Assembly (NCBI GenBank): GCA_017534705.1
Contig: JAFXVU010000144.1
Coordinates: 646 to 64,645, forward strand
DNA: 64,000 bases
Reading direction: 5' to 3'
From: Bacteroidaceae bacterium
Lineage (GTDB): Bacteria; Bacteroidota; Bacteroidia; Bacteroidales; Bacteroidaceae
Position numbers and translations under genes: made by a program. This document shows, in pieces, positions 48,634 through 57,138 of this stretch. Under the pieces are notes generated by a model that was not told where the DNA came from, did no database searches, and worked only from the letters and a program-made list of their open reading frames with translations. Every line of letters begins with the position of its first letter. Within the stretch, counting starts at the first letter, position 1.

Positions 48634-49905
48634 ATGAAGAAAAGTATATTATTCTTGTCAACATTTCTTCTGTGCGCTAACGTTCACGCACAGCGATATC
48701 ATTTCTCATTCGCTGGTCCACAGGATGGTGCCACTGTTGTCATGCCCACCGACTCTTTCAACACAGAACGAGGCTACGGCTATGATTTCATCAATCTACC
48801 TGGAAAGAAAGGCGGTGATCCTTTCATCTTCTCAGTCTTGGTTCCCGATGGCAACTACAAGGTGACGGTAACACTGGGCTCCAATAAGAAAGCTGCTTCC
48901 ACCACGGTCAGGGCAGAGTCCAGACGACTGTTCCTCAACAACATCCCGACAAAGAAAGGAGAGCTGAAAACATACTCGTTCATCGTGAACAAACGTGACA
49001 CCCGCATCGGCGACAATGATTATGTGAGAATTAAGCCACGTGAGAAGACCAAACTCAATTGGGACGACAAGTTAAGTCTGGAAGTCACAGGGGATGCACC
49101 GCAAATCGCCACCATACAAATAGAGCAAGCAGGACAAGATGTAACCACGCTTTGGCTCTGCGGCAACTCAACCGTAGTGGACCAAGACTACGAGCCATGG
49201 GCCAGTTGGGGCCAGATGATTACCCATTGGTTCGACGACAAGGTGGCCATAGCCAACTATGCCGAGAGTGGCGAAAGAGCATCATCGTTCATTTCAGAGA
49301 AACGTCTTGCCAAAATCATCACGCTGATGAAAGAAGGTGACTACCTTTTCGTGGAGTTCGGACACAACGACCAAAAGGAGAAAGGTCCTGGAAAGGGGGC
49401 TTACTACAATTTCGCTACCTGCCTAAAGACCTTCATCGACGAAGCACGGGCCAAAGGAGTGACACCCATTTTCGTCACCCCCACACAGCGACGAGCTTTT
49501 GACCCAAGTAACACCAAAATCGTTGAAACCCATGCCGACTATCCTGAAGCAATGCGCTGGGTGGCCGAGCGTGAGCGGGTACAGGTTATCGAACTACACG
49601 ACATGACCCGCACCTTCTTCGAGACTTTAGGCTTTGAAGGTTCCAAGAACGCATTGGTGCACTACCCTGCTAACACGTACCCAGGTCAGCCACAAGCCCT
49701 TGCCGACAACACTCATTTCAATCCTTACGGTGCATACGAGATTTCCAAGATGATTATTGAAGGCATCAAGGCTCTCCAACTTCCAATAGCCAGCCATATC
49801 AAAGACATCTACACACCATTCAATCCAGCCAACCCCGACGACATCAAGTCGTTCCACTGGGTTGATTCCAAGTTCTTCGAAGTAGCTAAGCCCGATGGAA
49901 ATTAA
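48634..49905 (+). CDS. SGNH/CE12-like rhamnogalacturonan acetylesterase with an extra N-terminal beta-domain
   Basis: The track starts at TTG 48628; ATG 48634 gives MKKSILFLSTFLLCANVHAQ. SGNH blocks: I LCGNSTV (GNS instead of GDS), III FGHNDQ, V DNTHF. The N-terminal ~165 aa are an additional domain. Confidence 0.65.
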   Translation: MKKSILFLSTFLLCANVHAQRYHFSFAGPQDGATVVMPTDSFNTERGYGYDFINLPGKKGGDPFIFSVLVPDGNYKVTVTLGSNKKAASTTVRAESRRLFLNNIPTKKGELKTYSFIVNKRDTRIGDNDYVRIKPREKTKLNWDDKLSLEVTGDAPQIATIQIEQAGQDVTTLWLCGNSTVVDQDYEPWASWGQMITHWFDDKVAIANYAESGERASSFISEKRLAKIITLMKEGDYLFVEFGHNDQKEKGPGKGAYYNFATCLKTFIDEARAKGVTPIFVTPTQRRAFDPSNTKIVETHADYPEAMRWVAERERVQVIELHDMTRTFFETLGFEGSKNALVHYPANTYPGQPQALADNTHFNPYGAYEISKMIIEGIKALQLPIASHIKDIYTPFNPANPDDIKSFHWVDSKFFEVAKPDGN

Positions 49906-49975
49906 CTGAGAATTCGAATACCCAAAGTATTCAGAAAAATCAGTAAAAAATACCCATCGCAAAAAACATCCATAT

Positions 49976-52786
49976 ATGAAAAAGACCTTTGCCATTCTCG
50001 CAATCACCTTTCTGAGTATCTCAAGCCATGCTCAGGAATGGATTCCCGCCGACCCAGAAGCCAAGCCCTATACACGTTGGTGGTGGCTTGGCAGCGCAGT
50101 TGACAAGAGCAATCTCAGCTACAACTTGCATGAGTATGCCAAGGCAGGCATCGGTGGTGTGGAGATTACTCCTATCTACGGTGTTCAAGGCAATGACGCC
50201 AACAACATCCCCTACCTTTCCCCCCGCTGGATGGAGATGTTAGGGTTCACAGAGGCTGTCGGCCAATCAGTAGGCATAGAGACCAATATGGCCACTGGCA
50301 CCGGTTGGCCATTCGGAGGACCGATAGTGCCCATCAGCGAGGCTGCGGCAAAGGCTATCTTCCAAACCTACGTTTACGACACTTCTCACCCCTCTGTGAT
50401 TGACGTTCAGTGTCAGGATGCCAAGCAAAAAGATTTCGCCATCCTTCAAAAGGTCATGGCTTACAAGACGGATGAGCGCGAAGACACCATTGTCTATAAG
50501 AAGGTAGTGGATGTGACGGGAAGTGTGAAGGACGGGGCTCTCGACCTTCGTTTCCTCCCCCGTGGTCAATGGCAGGTCATCGCCCTTTACTGCGGACGCA
50601 CCCGCCAACAGGTGAAAAGAGCGGCTCCTGGTGGAGAGGGGCTGGTTATCGACCATTTCAACCGACAGGCGGTCAAGAACTACCTCGCTCGATTCGATTC
50701 CGCATTCAGCAACCAGCACATCGCCCGTCCGCACACGTTCTTCAACGACTCCTACGAGGTTTATGGAGCCGACTGGACCCCCGACCTGCTGGACGAATTC
50801 GCAAAGAGGAGAGGTTACCGTCTGGAGTTTTTCTTCCCCGACTTCATTCGAGATGCCGACCGCACCGATACTGGTCGCCGCATCATGTCGGATTACCGCC
50901 TTACCCTTGGCGAACTGCTTTTGGAGAACTTCACAGAGGAATGGACCCGATGGGCACACAATGGCCATGCCATCACCCGCAACCAAGCGCATGGAAGCCC
51001 AGCAAACCTCATCGATGTCTACGCGGCAGTGGATATCCCCGAATGTGAGGGCTTCGGTCTGTCCGACTTCAACATCAAGGGCTTGCGCAAAGACCCTGGT
51101 TTCACCAAGAAAAACGACTCCGACATCTCCATGCTCAAATACGCCTCCTCAGCCGCACATATCTCGGGAAAGCGTTACACATCATCAGAGACATTCACTT
51201 GGCTGACAGAGCATTTCCGCACCTCGCTCTCACAGTGCAAACCCGACCTTGACCTCATGTTCATCTCCGGTGTGAACCACATTTTCTTTCACGGCACATG
51301 CTATTCTCCCCGCGAAGACGAGTGGCCTGGCTGGCGTTTCTATGCCTCGGTAGATATGTCACCTGCCAGCAACTACTGGCGCGACATGCCAGCCTTCTCC
51401 AAATACATCGAACGATGCCAGAGTTTCCTGCAATGGGGTGAACCCGACAACGACATGCTGGTTTATCTGCCCTACTACGACATGCTTTACGACCAAGAGG
51501 GGCGTCTGGCACAATTCGACATCCATTCCATGGACAAGCGCGCTCCTGAATTCATCAAAGCCATCCAAACCATCATCCAGAGTGGTTACGACGTAGATTA
51601 CATTTCCGACAAATACCTTTCGCGAACCTACATGAACGAAGGGCACCTTACCACTACAGGACACAATGCCTATTCCGCCATCATTGTTCCAGGTGTGAGA
51701 TTCATCGATGAAAAGACCTTCGACCACCTGCTCCGACTCGCTCAAGACGGTGCAACCATAGTGTTTGTGGGTGGTGTCCCCAGTCAGGTGCCAGGGTTCA
51801 GCAACCTCGCTACACGCACTAAAGCCCACCAGTCAAAGCTTAAGCTATTAACAAAAACCATCGATTTCATCGGGAAAAATGAATTAAATGTGAATTACGG
51901 CAAGGGCCGCATCATCTGTTCTCCCGACTATGTGTCGGCACTGGGTAGTTGCAATGCACGCCCCGAGCCCATGCGTAGTCGTCAGGGATTGCAATGTATC
52001 CGTAGGTCCAACAATGACGGCTACCACTATTTCGTGTCGAACTTGCAAGGTAAAGACATCGATGATTGGGTGGAATTGGGAGTCCAGGCCGCTGAAGTGG
52101 TGTGCTACGACCCCATGGTCGGAAAAATCGGCAAGGCCAAGGTGAAGCATGAAGGCGGCAAAACCTCCGTACTGCTGCAGTTGGCATCAGGCCAATCAAT
52201 CATCCTCCGCACCTTCCACACACCTTCTACAGGACATTTCCCCGATTGGACCTATACTGAGCCCAACGATACCAAGGCCATCAATCTCAACACAGGATGG
52301 ACACTGACCTTTACTGCTAGCGCACCACAGGTGACTGACACCATCCTGCATATCGGTCACCCACAACCATGGACAGCCTTAGGCGACCCCATGATGAACA
52401 TCACTATGGCTACAGGGCGCTACACCACAACATTCGACTTGCTTGACACCACCGCTGACGAATGGATTCTCGACCTCGGCGACGTACGCGAGAGTGCGAG
52501 GGTCTACATCAACGGCCAGGAAGTAGCCACCCTTTTCGCAGTGCCCTTCCGCACCTTCATCGGCCAGTACCTTAAGGCAGGCATCAATACCATAGAGGTG
52601 GAGGTCAGCAACCTCCCAGCTAATCGCATCGCCTGGCTCGACCGACAGGGGGTTGTCTGGCGCAAGTTCGAGGAAATCAACGTGGTTGATCTGAATTACA
52701 AGAAAGACAACTACGCCAACTGGGACATTGTACCCTCAGGCCTCAACAGCCCAGTGCGTCTTATCCCTGCGAAAATCATAAAATAA
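49976..52786 (+). CDS. GH106-like alpha-L-rhamnosidase-family glycoside hydrolase, secreted
   Basis: 936-aa ORF with a signal peptide. N-terminal KPYTRWWWLGSAV...AGIGGVEITPIYG and a C-terminal galactose-binding-like module (VYINGQEVA...NTIEVEVSNLPANRIAWLD) match my recollection of Pfam Glyco_hydro_106 proteins. Confidence 0.6.
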   Translation: MKKTFAILAITFLSISSHAQEWIPADPEAKPYTRWWWLGSAVDKSNLSYNLHEYAKAGIGGVEITPIYGVQGNDANNIPYLSPRWMEMLGFTEAVGQSVGIETNMATGTGWPFGGPIVPISEAAAKAIFQTYVYDTSHPSVIDVQCQDAKQKDFAILQKVMAYKTDEREDTIVYKKVVDVTGSVKDGALDLRFLPRGQWQVIALYCGRTRQQVKRAAPGGEGLVIDHFNRQAVKNYLARFDSAFSNQHIARPHTFFNDSYEVYGADWTPDLLDEFAKRRGYRLEFFFPDFIRDADRTDTGRRIMSDYRLTLGELLLENFTEEWTRWAHNGHAITRNQAHGSPANLIDVYAAVDIPECEGFGLSDFNIKGLRKDPGFTKKNDSDISMLKYASSAAHISGKRYTSSETFTWLTEHFRTSLSQCKPDLDLMFISGVNHIFFHGTCYSPREDEWPGWRFYASVDMSPASNYWRDMPAFSKYIERCQSFLQWGEPDNDMLVYLPYYDMLYDQEGRLAQFDIHSMDKRAPEFIKAIQTIIQSGYDVDYISDKYLSRTYMNEGHLTTTGHNAYSAIIVPGVRFIDEKTFDHLLRLAQDGATIVFVGGVPSQVPGFSNLATRTKAHQSKLKLLTKTIDFIGKNELNVNYGKGRIICSPDYVSALGSCNARPEPMRSRQGLQCIRRSNNDGYHYFVSNLQGKDIDDWVELGVQAAEVVCYDPMVGKIGKAKVKHEGGKTSVLLQLASGQSIILRTFHTPSTGHFPDWTYTEPNDTKAINLNTGWTLTFTASAPQVTDTILHIGHPQPWTALGDPMMNITMATGRYTTTFDLLDTTADEWILDLGDVRESARVYINGQEVATLFAVPFRTFIGQYLKAGINTIEVEVSNLPANRIAWLDRQGVVWRKFEEINVVDLNYKKDNYANWDIVPSGLNSPVRLIPAKIIK

Positions 52787-52820
52787 TCAGCCTTTCTCCC
52801 GTCATTAAAAAATAAATGGC

Positions 52821-52828
52821 TATTTTTG
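52821..52828 (+). promoter_or_regulatory. -7 box for the T9SS multidomain gene
   Basis: TATTTTTG, 44 nt upstream of ATG 52872. Confidence 0.55.
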
Positions 52829-52871
52829 CGTCTACAATGATAGAAAACTAAATTACTAACCGAAAGAAGAT

Positions 52872-55568
52872 ATGAAACTACGACTATTTCTCTCAACCTT
52901 CATTTTGACGGCACTTCCAGTCATGGCCCAGCAGATTCCGACATCAAGTTATATGCTCTCAGCCAACAATGTGCCAGGCAATGTAGTTCCTTTCGACATT
53001 ACCGCCGAAGGTAAGACCTTCCCCGTGATTTGGGGTATGGACGCTGCATGGATGAATGAACAGAACATGCGAAAAGGCATCAACCACATCGGAGCTGACA
53101 ATATCGACGTCATCCGTCTATCCTTCCAACCCGCTTTCAAACTCAGCAACGGTAATCTCACTCAAGACCACATCAAGAACCTAAAAGAGCGTCTTCGTCT
53201 GGCCGATTTGGTGAGCAAGAGCGTAGATTGTGTAATTAACTGCGACCAGGAGGCCGGCATCGATGAATGGTACACCAAGAACGACAAGGCCAACATCCAG
53301 AACTGGTGCGACATGATTGACAAGTCCGTCGCCTACGTGCAAAGGAATAGCAAACACCGCCTTGTTTCAGTGTCTCCCTTCAACGAGCCCGACTATGGTT
53401 GGGGGCAAGGCAGTAGAAGTGACATGCGTGAGATTTGCAAGATGCTCCGTGAGAGTTATCCCCGTTTCGACACTATCCGTATCTCAGCAGGCAACACGCT
53501 CAACTGTGACCAAGCATCGTCTTGGTACAACTACATGAAACCATACGTTGATGAGGGCAACACCCACCAGTTGGCTGGCTCCTTCAATACTTACGCCAAC
53601 TTCTTCAAAGAAGTGCGTAACGATGGCAAGATGGCTACAGCAGATGAGTTGCACAATGTGGGTGAGGCCATTGTAGGTGTGGAGTACGGCATGCAGAGCG
53701 GTATTTGGTGGGGGTTCGACGCCATAGCTCGCGGACAATTCTGCCAAGACAGCAACCATGGCTCACGTCTGGCTTACGCAGAGAACCGTGGTGCATGGAC
53801 TTCCGCCGCTGTCTATAGGAACGATTCCACCCAGGCCATCCATGCCTACCTTGGTTCATCAGAACGTCAGGCCAACACCTCCACTTACCAATTCGTATCG
53901 ACCGACCGCGATGTTTATTTCGACGGCCAAGGTCCCATGCGCGAGTTCTTCATTGAGATTCCAGGTGGCACAGGCTATCAGAAAGGCCAGACCAACGCCG
54001 AGCGCATCATCAACATCACCTATGGTGAGGATGTGGCCCCGAGCTATATCGAGGGCGGTAAATACATCATCATGAACCGCTACAGCAAGAAGATTGTGTC
54101 GTGCGAAGCGGGTTCCACTGGCAGTGGTGCCAATGTCGTACAGCGCAGCAACAAGGGCGGTAACTACCAAATATGGGACATTCAGCCCGTCAGTTCCCGC
54201 ATCGGTGGCGACTTCAGCTACTACACCATCTGCCTCTCCTCCACAGGAGTTGCTCTTGATGTTCTCAACTACTCTATGGCCTCAGGTGGCAATGTCATCG
54301 TGTATAAGGGCTCGAACTACAGCAGCAACGAGCAGTGGTATCTAGAATACGCAGGCGATGGCTTCTACTACATCCGAAACCGTGAGAGCAACCTTTATCT
54401 CGAACTGGCCAGCAACAGCAGTTCCGAGAACATCACCGTACGACAAGGGGCACTTGCCAACACCGCCACAGCACGCAAGCGCCAACAATGGCGCATTCTC
54501 CCTGTAGATGCTGAATGTGAATTGAAAGCCCCAGAAACACCGACTGGCCTCTCAGCTCAAGCCCTACCAGCCTCTGTGCAACTCGAATGGGCTGCCAACA
54601 CGGAGGAAGATATCGCTGGCTACATGATTCTCCGCAAAGACGAGGACTACTGGAACACTATCGGACGTAAAATCCAAGGTAACAGTTTCATCGACAACAC
54701 TTGCCGACAAGGACACGAATACCTTTACAAAATCAAGGCCATCGACAAGTCGGATAATATGTCGGAAGCTTGCGACTCCGTGTCCGCTGGTCCTTCAGGT
54801 GAACGCACACTCATCGCCCAACTGCAGTTCGACGACGCCCTGTACGACAACACCGCTAACGCCTTCCACGCTGTCATCTTGGGAGAAGAGAACTACACTA
54901 CGCAACACAAGTCGGGCGAGAAGTCTCTTAACCTCAGTGGCACCAACAACTACATCCAACTGCCATACGAAGTGGCGGACATGGCAGAGATGACCATCTG
55001 CACATGGGTGTTCTGGCGCAACAGTTCCTCTGCTTGGCAGCGCATCTTCGACTTCGGCAACGGTACCAATCAGTATATGTTCCTCAGTCCCAGCAACGGG
55101 TCTCAGATGCGCTTCGCCATCAAGAACGGCGGTGACGAGCAGACGCTCAGCACATCCCGCTTGGGGTCCACCGCTTGGCACCATGTGGCTGTAACCTTGG
55201 GGAAGGACAGTGTCTGCATCTATGTGGATGGTGACCTCAAGGCCAGCACGACCGACATCACCATCCGTCCCTCAGACTTCCACCCCGTGATGAACTACAT
55301 CGGTCGCAGTCAATTCTCTTCCGACCCCTTCCTGAAAGCCTATATCGACGATTTGAGGGTGTATAACTATGCGCTCAACGCATCAGAACTCGCTGCAGTC
55401 ATGGAGGACAACGAGCCCATTTCGAACGGCCTGCATACCATCACTCCGACCGAAAACTCGGAAATCGTAGGTTACTACGACACCGAAGGACGGCAGCTCA
55501 CCCAGCCCCAAAAAGGCGTGAACATCGTTAAGATGAAGAATGGCAAGACTAAGAAAATCATCAGATAA
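52872..55568 (+). CDS. T9SS-secreted multidomain protein: GH30-like (clan GH-A) domain + ricin-B lectin + FN3 + LamG-like + T9SS C-terminal sorting domain
   Basis: 898-aa ORF. Signal peptide aa 1-20. SPFNEPDYGWG (candidate acid/base Glu172) and TADELH (candidate nucleophile Glu259, 87 aa later), followed by a beta-sandwich. Three QxW repeats (QIW 432, EQW 487, QQW 538). FN3 aa ~553-640. LamG_3-like aa ~645-845 (DDLRVYNYALNASEL). C-terminal EIVGYYDTEGRQLTQPQKGVNIVKMKNGKTKKIIR is typical of short Prevotella T9SS CTDs. Own -7 box at 52821. Confidence 0.75.
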   Translation: MKLRLFLSTFILTALPVMAQQIPTSSYMLSANNVPGNVVPFDITAEGKTFPVIWGMDAAWMNEQNMRKGINHIGADNIDVIRLSFQPAFKLSNGNLTQDHIKNLKERLRLADLVSKSVDCVINCDQEAGIDEWYTKNDKANIQNWCDMIDKSVAYVQRNSKHRLVSVSPFNEPDYGWGQGSRSDMREICKMLRESYPRFDTIRISAGNTLNCDQASSWYNYMKPYVDEGNTHQLAGSFNTYANFFKEVRNDGKMATADELHNVGEAIVGVEYGMQSGIWWGFDAIARGQFCQDSNHGSRLAYAENRGAWTSAAVYRNDSTQAIHAYLGSSERQANTSTYQFVSTDRDVYFDGQGPMREFFIEIPGGTGYQKGQTNAERIINITYGEDVAPSYIEGGKYIIMNRYSKKIVSCEAGSTGSGANVVQRSNKGGNYQIWDIQPVSSRIGGDFSYYTICLSSTGVALDVLNYSMASGGNVIVYKGSNYSSNEQWYLEYAGDGFYYIRNRESNLYLELASNSSSENITVRQGALANTATARKRQQWRILPVDAECELKAPETPTGLSAQALPASVQLEWAANTEEDIAGYMILRKDEDYWNTIGRKIQGNSFIDNTCRQGHEYLYKIKAIDKSDNMSEACDSVSAGPSGERTLIAQLQFDDALYDNTANAFHAVILGEENYTTQHKSGEKSLNLSGTNNYIQLPYEVADMAEMTICTWVFWRNSSSAWQRIFDFGNGTNQYMFLSPSNGSQMRFAIKNGGDEQTLSTSRLGSTAWHHVAVTLGKDSVCIYVDGDLKASTTDITIRPSDFHPVMNYIGRSQFSSDPFLKAYIDDLRVYNYALNASELAAVMEDNEPISNGLHTITPTENSEIVGYYDTEGRQLTQPQKGVNIVKMKNGKTKKIIR

Positions 55569-55584
55569 AAAGACCACATGAGCA

Positions 55585-55635
55585 GTTCGGAGTATCCAGA
55601 TTATTCTGACACCGAATAACCTGGATACTCCGAAC
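55585..55635 (+). terminator. Long hairpin downstream of the T9SS multidomain gene
   Basis: GTTCGGAGTATCCAGATTATTC-tgacacc-GAATAACCTGGATACTCCGAAC forms a 22-bp stem with 1 mismatch. No U-tract follows, so its terminator function is uncertain. Confidence 0.45.
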
Positions 55636-55659
55636 ACTCAGAATAAAATATCATTGAAC

Positions 55660-55806
55660 ATGAAAGACTTGAATCCCAACAAGAATTTCGGCTTGGACAG
55701 CAAGCCGAGTCTCCGCGACATTGGCAAACTGGCGCTCATCGTTGGTGCCGCCATCGCCGGTACCCTCTTCGGCTCCTTGCTCACCAAAGGCGGAAAAAAG
55801 AAATAG
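55660..55806 (+). CDS. Possible 48-aa single-pass membrane micro-protein
   Basis: Not in the ORF track. Translation is MKDLNPNKNFGLDSKPSLRDIGKLALIVGAAIAGTLFGSLLTKGGKKK*, with one Gly-zipper-like TM helix and a positive C-terminus. The competing 60-aa minus-strand ORF (55638..55820) looks less protein-like. Confidence 0.35.
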   Translation: MKDLNPNKNFGLDSKPSLRDIGKLALIVGAAIAGTLFGSLLTKGGKKK

Positions 55807-55905
55807 TTCGTTCTGTACAAAGACCTTTTTTCAAAGAAATCCTTCTACAATTCAAGAAAACCATTTATAGAAGCCCTCTATAGTTCCCAAAGAACAATTA
55901 CAGTT

Positions 55906-56781
55906 ATGAAAAGGACAATGCGATACGCTGTGCTTGCCACAGCATTCCTGCTTTCATGTCATGTGATAGCAGACACCCCCGAGACCTACACGCTGACCAC
56001 AGGCAAGATGACGATGACTATCAATGCCGAAAAAGGCGCCAAGATTATCTCGTTGAAGTATGCCGACCAAGAGGTGATTTCTCAATCAACAAGACCCGAA
56101 TCTTTCGGCAGTACTTTCTGGACAAGCCCTCAAAAGGAATGGAACTGGCCACCAGTACCAGAATACGACAAGATGGCTTACAGCGTGGAGCAACGGGATG
56201 GTCAATTGGTGATGACGAGCGGTGTGTCGGACAGGATGAAGTACCGCATCGAGAAGAACTTTTCTGTCGACGACGCCTCCCATGCATTTGTCATCACCTA
56301 CAGCATCATCAACGAGAGTGGCGAAGAGAGAAAGGTGGCGCCTTGGGAGATCACGCGAGTCCCCAACGACGGTTTAATCTTTTTCGATGCTCCTGTAGGA
56401 GAAATCATTCCTGCCGGATTGATGGACTTCCGTGCTGTGGAGGGTATTGCATGGTATCAGGCCGATGAGGCCAACATGAACAGAAAAATCAATGCCGACG
56501 GTAAGGGCTGGCTGGCATACGCCAGCAACGGTTTGCTTTTATTGAAGCAATTCCAGGATTTGGATTCTTCGCAACCTGCTCCCGACGAGGCGGAGATTCA
56601 AGTTTATGTCAACCGTGGAAAGAGTTATATCGAATTGGAAAGCCAGGGAGCATACACCACTCTGCAACCCGGCGAACGATTCAGTTGGACAGTCAGATGG
56701 ATGCTTGTACCCTGTGATAACGAGGTCGTTCCTTCAAAAAAACTGATTGACCAAGTCCATCGTTTGCTTCCATCGCATTGA
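55906..56781 (+). CDS. DUF4380/aldose-epimerase-like exported protein
   Basis: 291-aa ORF with a signal peptide and all-beta sequence character. Family call from memory only. Confidence 0.4.
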   Translation: MKRTMRYAVLATAFLLSCHVIADTPETYTLTTGKMTMTINAEKGAKIISLKYADQEVISQSTRPESFGSTFWTSPQKEWNWPPVPEYDKMAYSVEQRDGQLVMTSGVSDRMKYRIEKNFSVDDASHAFVITYSIINESGEERKVAPWEITRVPNDGLIFFDAPVGEIIPAGLMDFRAVEGIAWYQADEANMNRKINADGKGWLAYASNGLLLLKQFQDLDSSQPAPDEAEIQVYVNRGKSYIELESQGAYTTLQPGERFSWTVRWMLVPCDNEVVPSKKLIDQVHRLLPSH

Positions 56782-56810
56782 TATAAGTTCGCATTGTTTT
56801 CGCAGAAAAG

Positions 56811-56850
56811 AAAAATCAGGCGGTTACAAGGTTGTAACCGCCTGATTTTC
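56811..56850. terminator. Bidirectional terminator between the DUF4380 gene and tRNA-Met (convergent)
   Basis: AATCAGGCGGTTACAA-GG-TTGTAACCGCCTGATT is a perfect 16-bp stem flanked by AAAAA and TTTT. Confidence 0.8.
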
Positions 56851-56854
56851 AGTG

Positions 56855-56928
56855 TAGCGAGAGAGGGACCCGAACCCTCGACCTCCGGATTATGAATCCG
56901 ACGCTCTAACCAACTGAGCTATCTCGCC
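56855..56928 (-). tRNA. tRNA-Met (anticodon CAU; elongator type, Ile2/lysidine identity not excluded)
   Basis: Reverse complement is GGCGAGATAGCTCAGTTGGTTAGAGCGTCGGATTCATAATCCGGAGGTCGAGGGTTCGGGTCCCTCTCTCGCTA, which folds as a cloverleaf. Acceptor stem 7 bp (G1-U72 wobble), D-stem GCTC/GAGC, anticodon loop TTCATAA, T-stem GAGGG/CCCTC. No encoded CCA. Flanked by its own -7 box and a terminator. Confidence 0.85.
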
Positions 56929-56943
56929 ATCCGTTTTGCGGTG

Positions 56944-56951
56944 CAAAGTTA
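56944..56951 (-). promoter_or_regulatory. -7 box for tRNA-Met
   Basis: Reverse complement TAACTTTG, 16 nt upstream of the tRNA 5' end (56928). Confidence 0.55.
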
Positions 56952-57076
56952 GCAGTTTTTCGTGAAATACAAAAAGATTTTGCCATTTTTTCTATAAAAA
57001 TTTCTGAATGGATGTTTTTTCTTGGCTATACTGCTAAAAATGCGTAAAAATCGGCAGTTGAATGGGCAATTATTCG

Positions 57077-57084
57077 TAACTTTG
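57077..57084 (+). promoter_or_regulatory. -7 box for the LptF/G-family gene
   Basis: TAACTTTG, 55 nt upstream of ATG 57139. Confidence 0.5.
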
Positions 57085-57138
57085 CATGATAAACTATTCG
57101 GAATATCGGGATAACGGAATTCTGTGTGATTCATCGCA

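Noticed and set aside
50267-51206. 241-aa minus-strand and 159-191-aa alternative-frame plus-strand ORFs inside the GH106-like gene.
   Set aside because: They are Arg/Pro/Ser-rich alternative-frame translations with no start context. The main frame is an intact 936-aa secreted enzyme.
55597-55609. 13-nt identity CAGATTATTCTGA shared between the hairpin at 55597 and the ackA 3' end at 63909..63921, considered as a possible dispersed repeat (REP-like).
   Set aside because: By my estimate, on the order of tens of 13-mer coincidences arise by chance in 64 kb. The flanks do not match.
55638-55820. 60-aa minus-strand ORF from the track.
   Set aside because: The plus-strand 48-aa ORF in the same place has a clean TM helix and a positive tail. 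The minus-strand product (MYRTNYFFFPPLVSKEPKR...) looks like a shadow frame. Neither is proven.
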